Source: Felis catus
Lineage: Eukaryota
DNA: 64,000 nucleotides
Assembly (NCBI RefSeq): GCF_018350175.1
Contig: NC_058368.1
Coordinates: forward strand, 71,860,001 to 71,924,000
Reading direction: 5' to 3'
Positions 63,121-64,000 of this stretch are shown here, one piece after another (position 1 is the stretch's first letter; the number at the start of each line of letters is the position of its first letter). The translations under genes were made by a program, and so were the position numbers. A model generated the notes under the pieces. That model saw only the letters and a list, made by a program, of their open reading frames with translations. It was not told the origin of the DNA and did no database searches.

Positions 63121-63785
63121 CGCGCGCAAGTGGGGCAGGGGCAGAAAGAGAGGGAGACACAGAATCTGAAACAGGCTCCAGGCTCCAAGCTGTCAGCATA
63201 GAGCCTGACGTGGGTCTTGAGCTCATGGACCGTGAGATCATGACCTGAGCCGAAGTCAGACGCTTAACCACCTGAGCCGCCCAGACGTCCCCAAGGTGAA
63301 CCTTTAATATTGTAAAGACAGAAAGCAATCTCACCCTTTTATAGCCAAGCAGATCCAACTTGTTGCAGATTTGTTCTCAAGATAAACAGTAACTAGTTCT
63401 CAAGTAACAGTACTTTCACATCTTTAGGACTGGAGGTAGTTGTGTAGCTCAGAGCCAGGCACCCTCAGAAATTAGGTTCCCACTCCCACCGTCCCAGGAA
63501 ATGGGAATAGGGGTACTATCCATATATACATTTGCATTTCAAAGAGTTGACTCCCAGGTCTTTGAGAAAGACATTTCTAGGTTGTAAAACTGACAAAAGA
63601 CCTATCTAGTTTTCAAGAGGATTTATCTACATTTTAAAGAGAGGAAAATTACTTATAGTTTTAGGTTTTTGAAAATAAATGCTCTAAGAAAAAGGAAGGG
63701 AGGGGGATATTTTCTATTTTCAAAAGGGAGAAATATGGCTCTTATTTTAAATTAAATTAAATTAAATTAAATTAAATTAAATTAA
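62985..63785 (-). mobile_element. ERV1-type LTR interrupted by a Can-SINE (63052-63292) and an (AAATT)n microsatellite
   Basis: ctgcttttattattaagc reverse poly(A) region; SINE TSD gtgaacctt. Confidence 0.55.
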
Positions 63786-63807
63786 ATTAAATTAAATTTT
63801 TACAAGC

Positions 63808-64000
63808 TGTCTTAATTGTGGGCTGTCATAACAAAATTCCATAGACTGGGTGGTTTAAACAACAAATATTTATTTCTCACAGTCCTGGAGGTTGGTGAGT
63901 CCAAGCTCAAGGTGCTGGCAAATTTGGTGATTGGTAAGAACCCACTTTCCAACTTGTAGATGGCCACCTTCTCCCTGTCCTCACAGGATGGCAGGGAAAG
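63808..64000 (-). mobile_element. MLT1A-like MaLR LTR (runs off the window end)
   Basis: tgtcttaattgtgggctgtcataacaaaattccatagactgggtggtttaaacaac. Confidence 0.85.

Overview
Mammalian genomic DNA, almost certainly from a cat-family (felid) genome, judged from felid-type Can-SINEs and a young carnivore L1. No intact host protein-coding gene, RNA gene or CRISPR array is visible. The long ORFs at 0.7-3.3 kb are pieces of a 5'-truncated L1 ORF2, and most other listed ORFs are repeat-derived noise. Much of the window is transposon-derived: about 26 Can-SINEs, old and young L1s, L2/MIR, MaLR and ERV1-type solo LTRs, and hAT/Tigger MITEs. The most interesting signal is a chain of about 13 minus-strand exon-like segments (about 10.5-24 kb) in unique sequence with canonical AG/GT boundaries. 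Five consecutive ones splice into 247 codons with no frameshift and only 4 stops, which suggests an ancient decayed (unitary) pseudogene, tentatively VWA3/VWA-domain-like. One of these exons is cut by a 78-bp inverted copy of a nearby L2 segment. Also present are candidate enhancer-like non-coding blocks and a marked minus-strand bias of retroelements. Repeat family names and protein resemblances come from recall, not from database searches, and many repeat boundaries are approximate.
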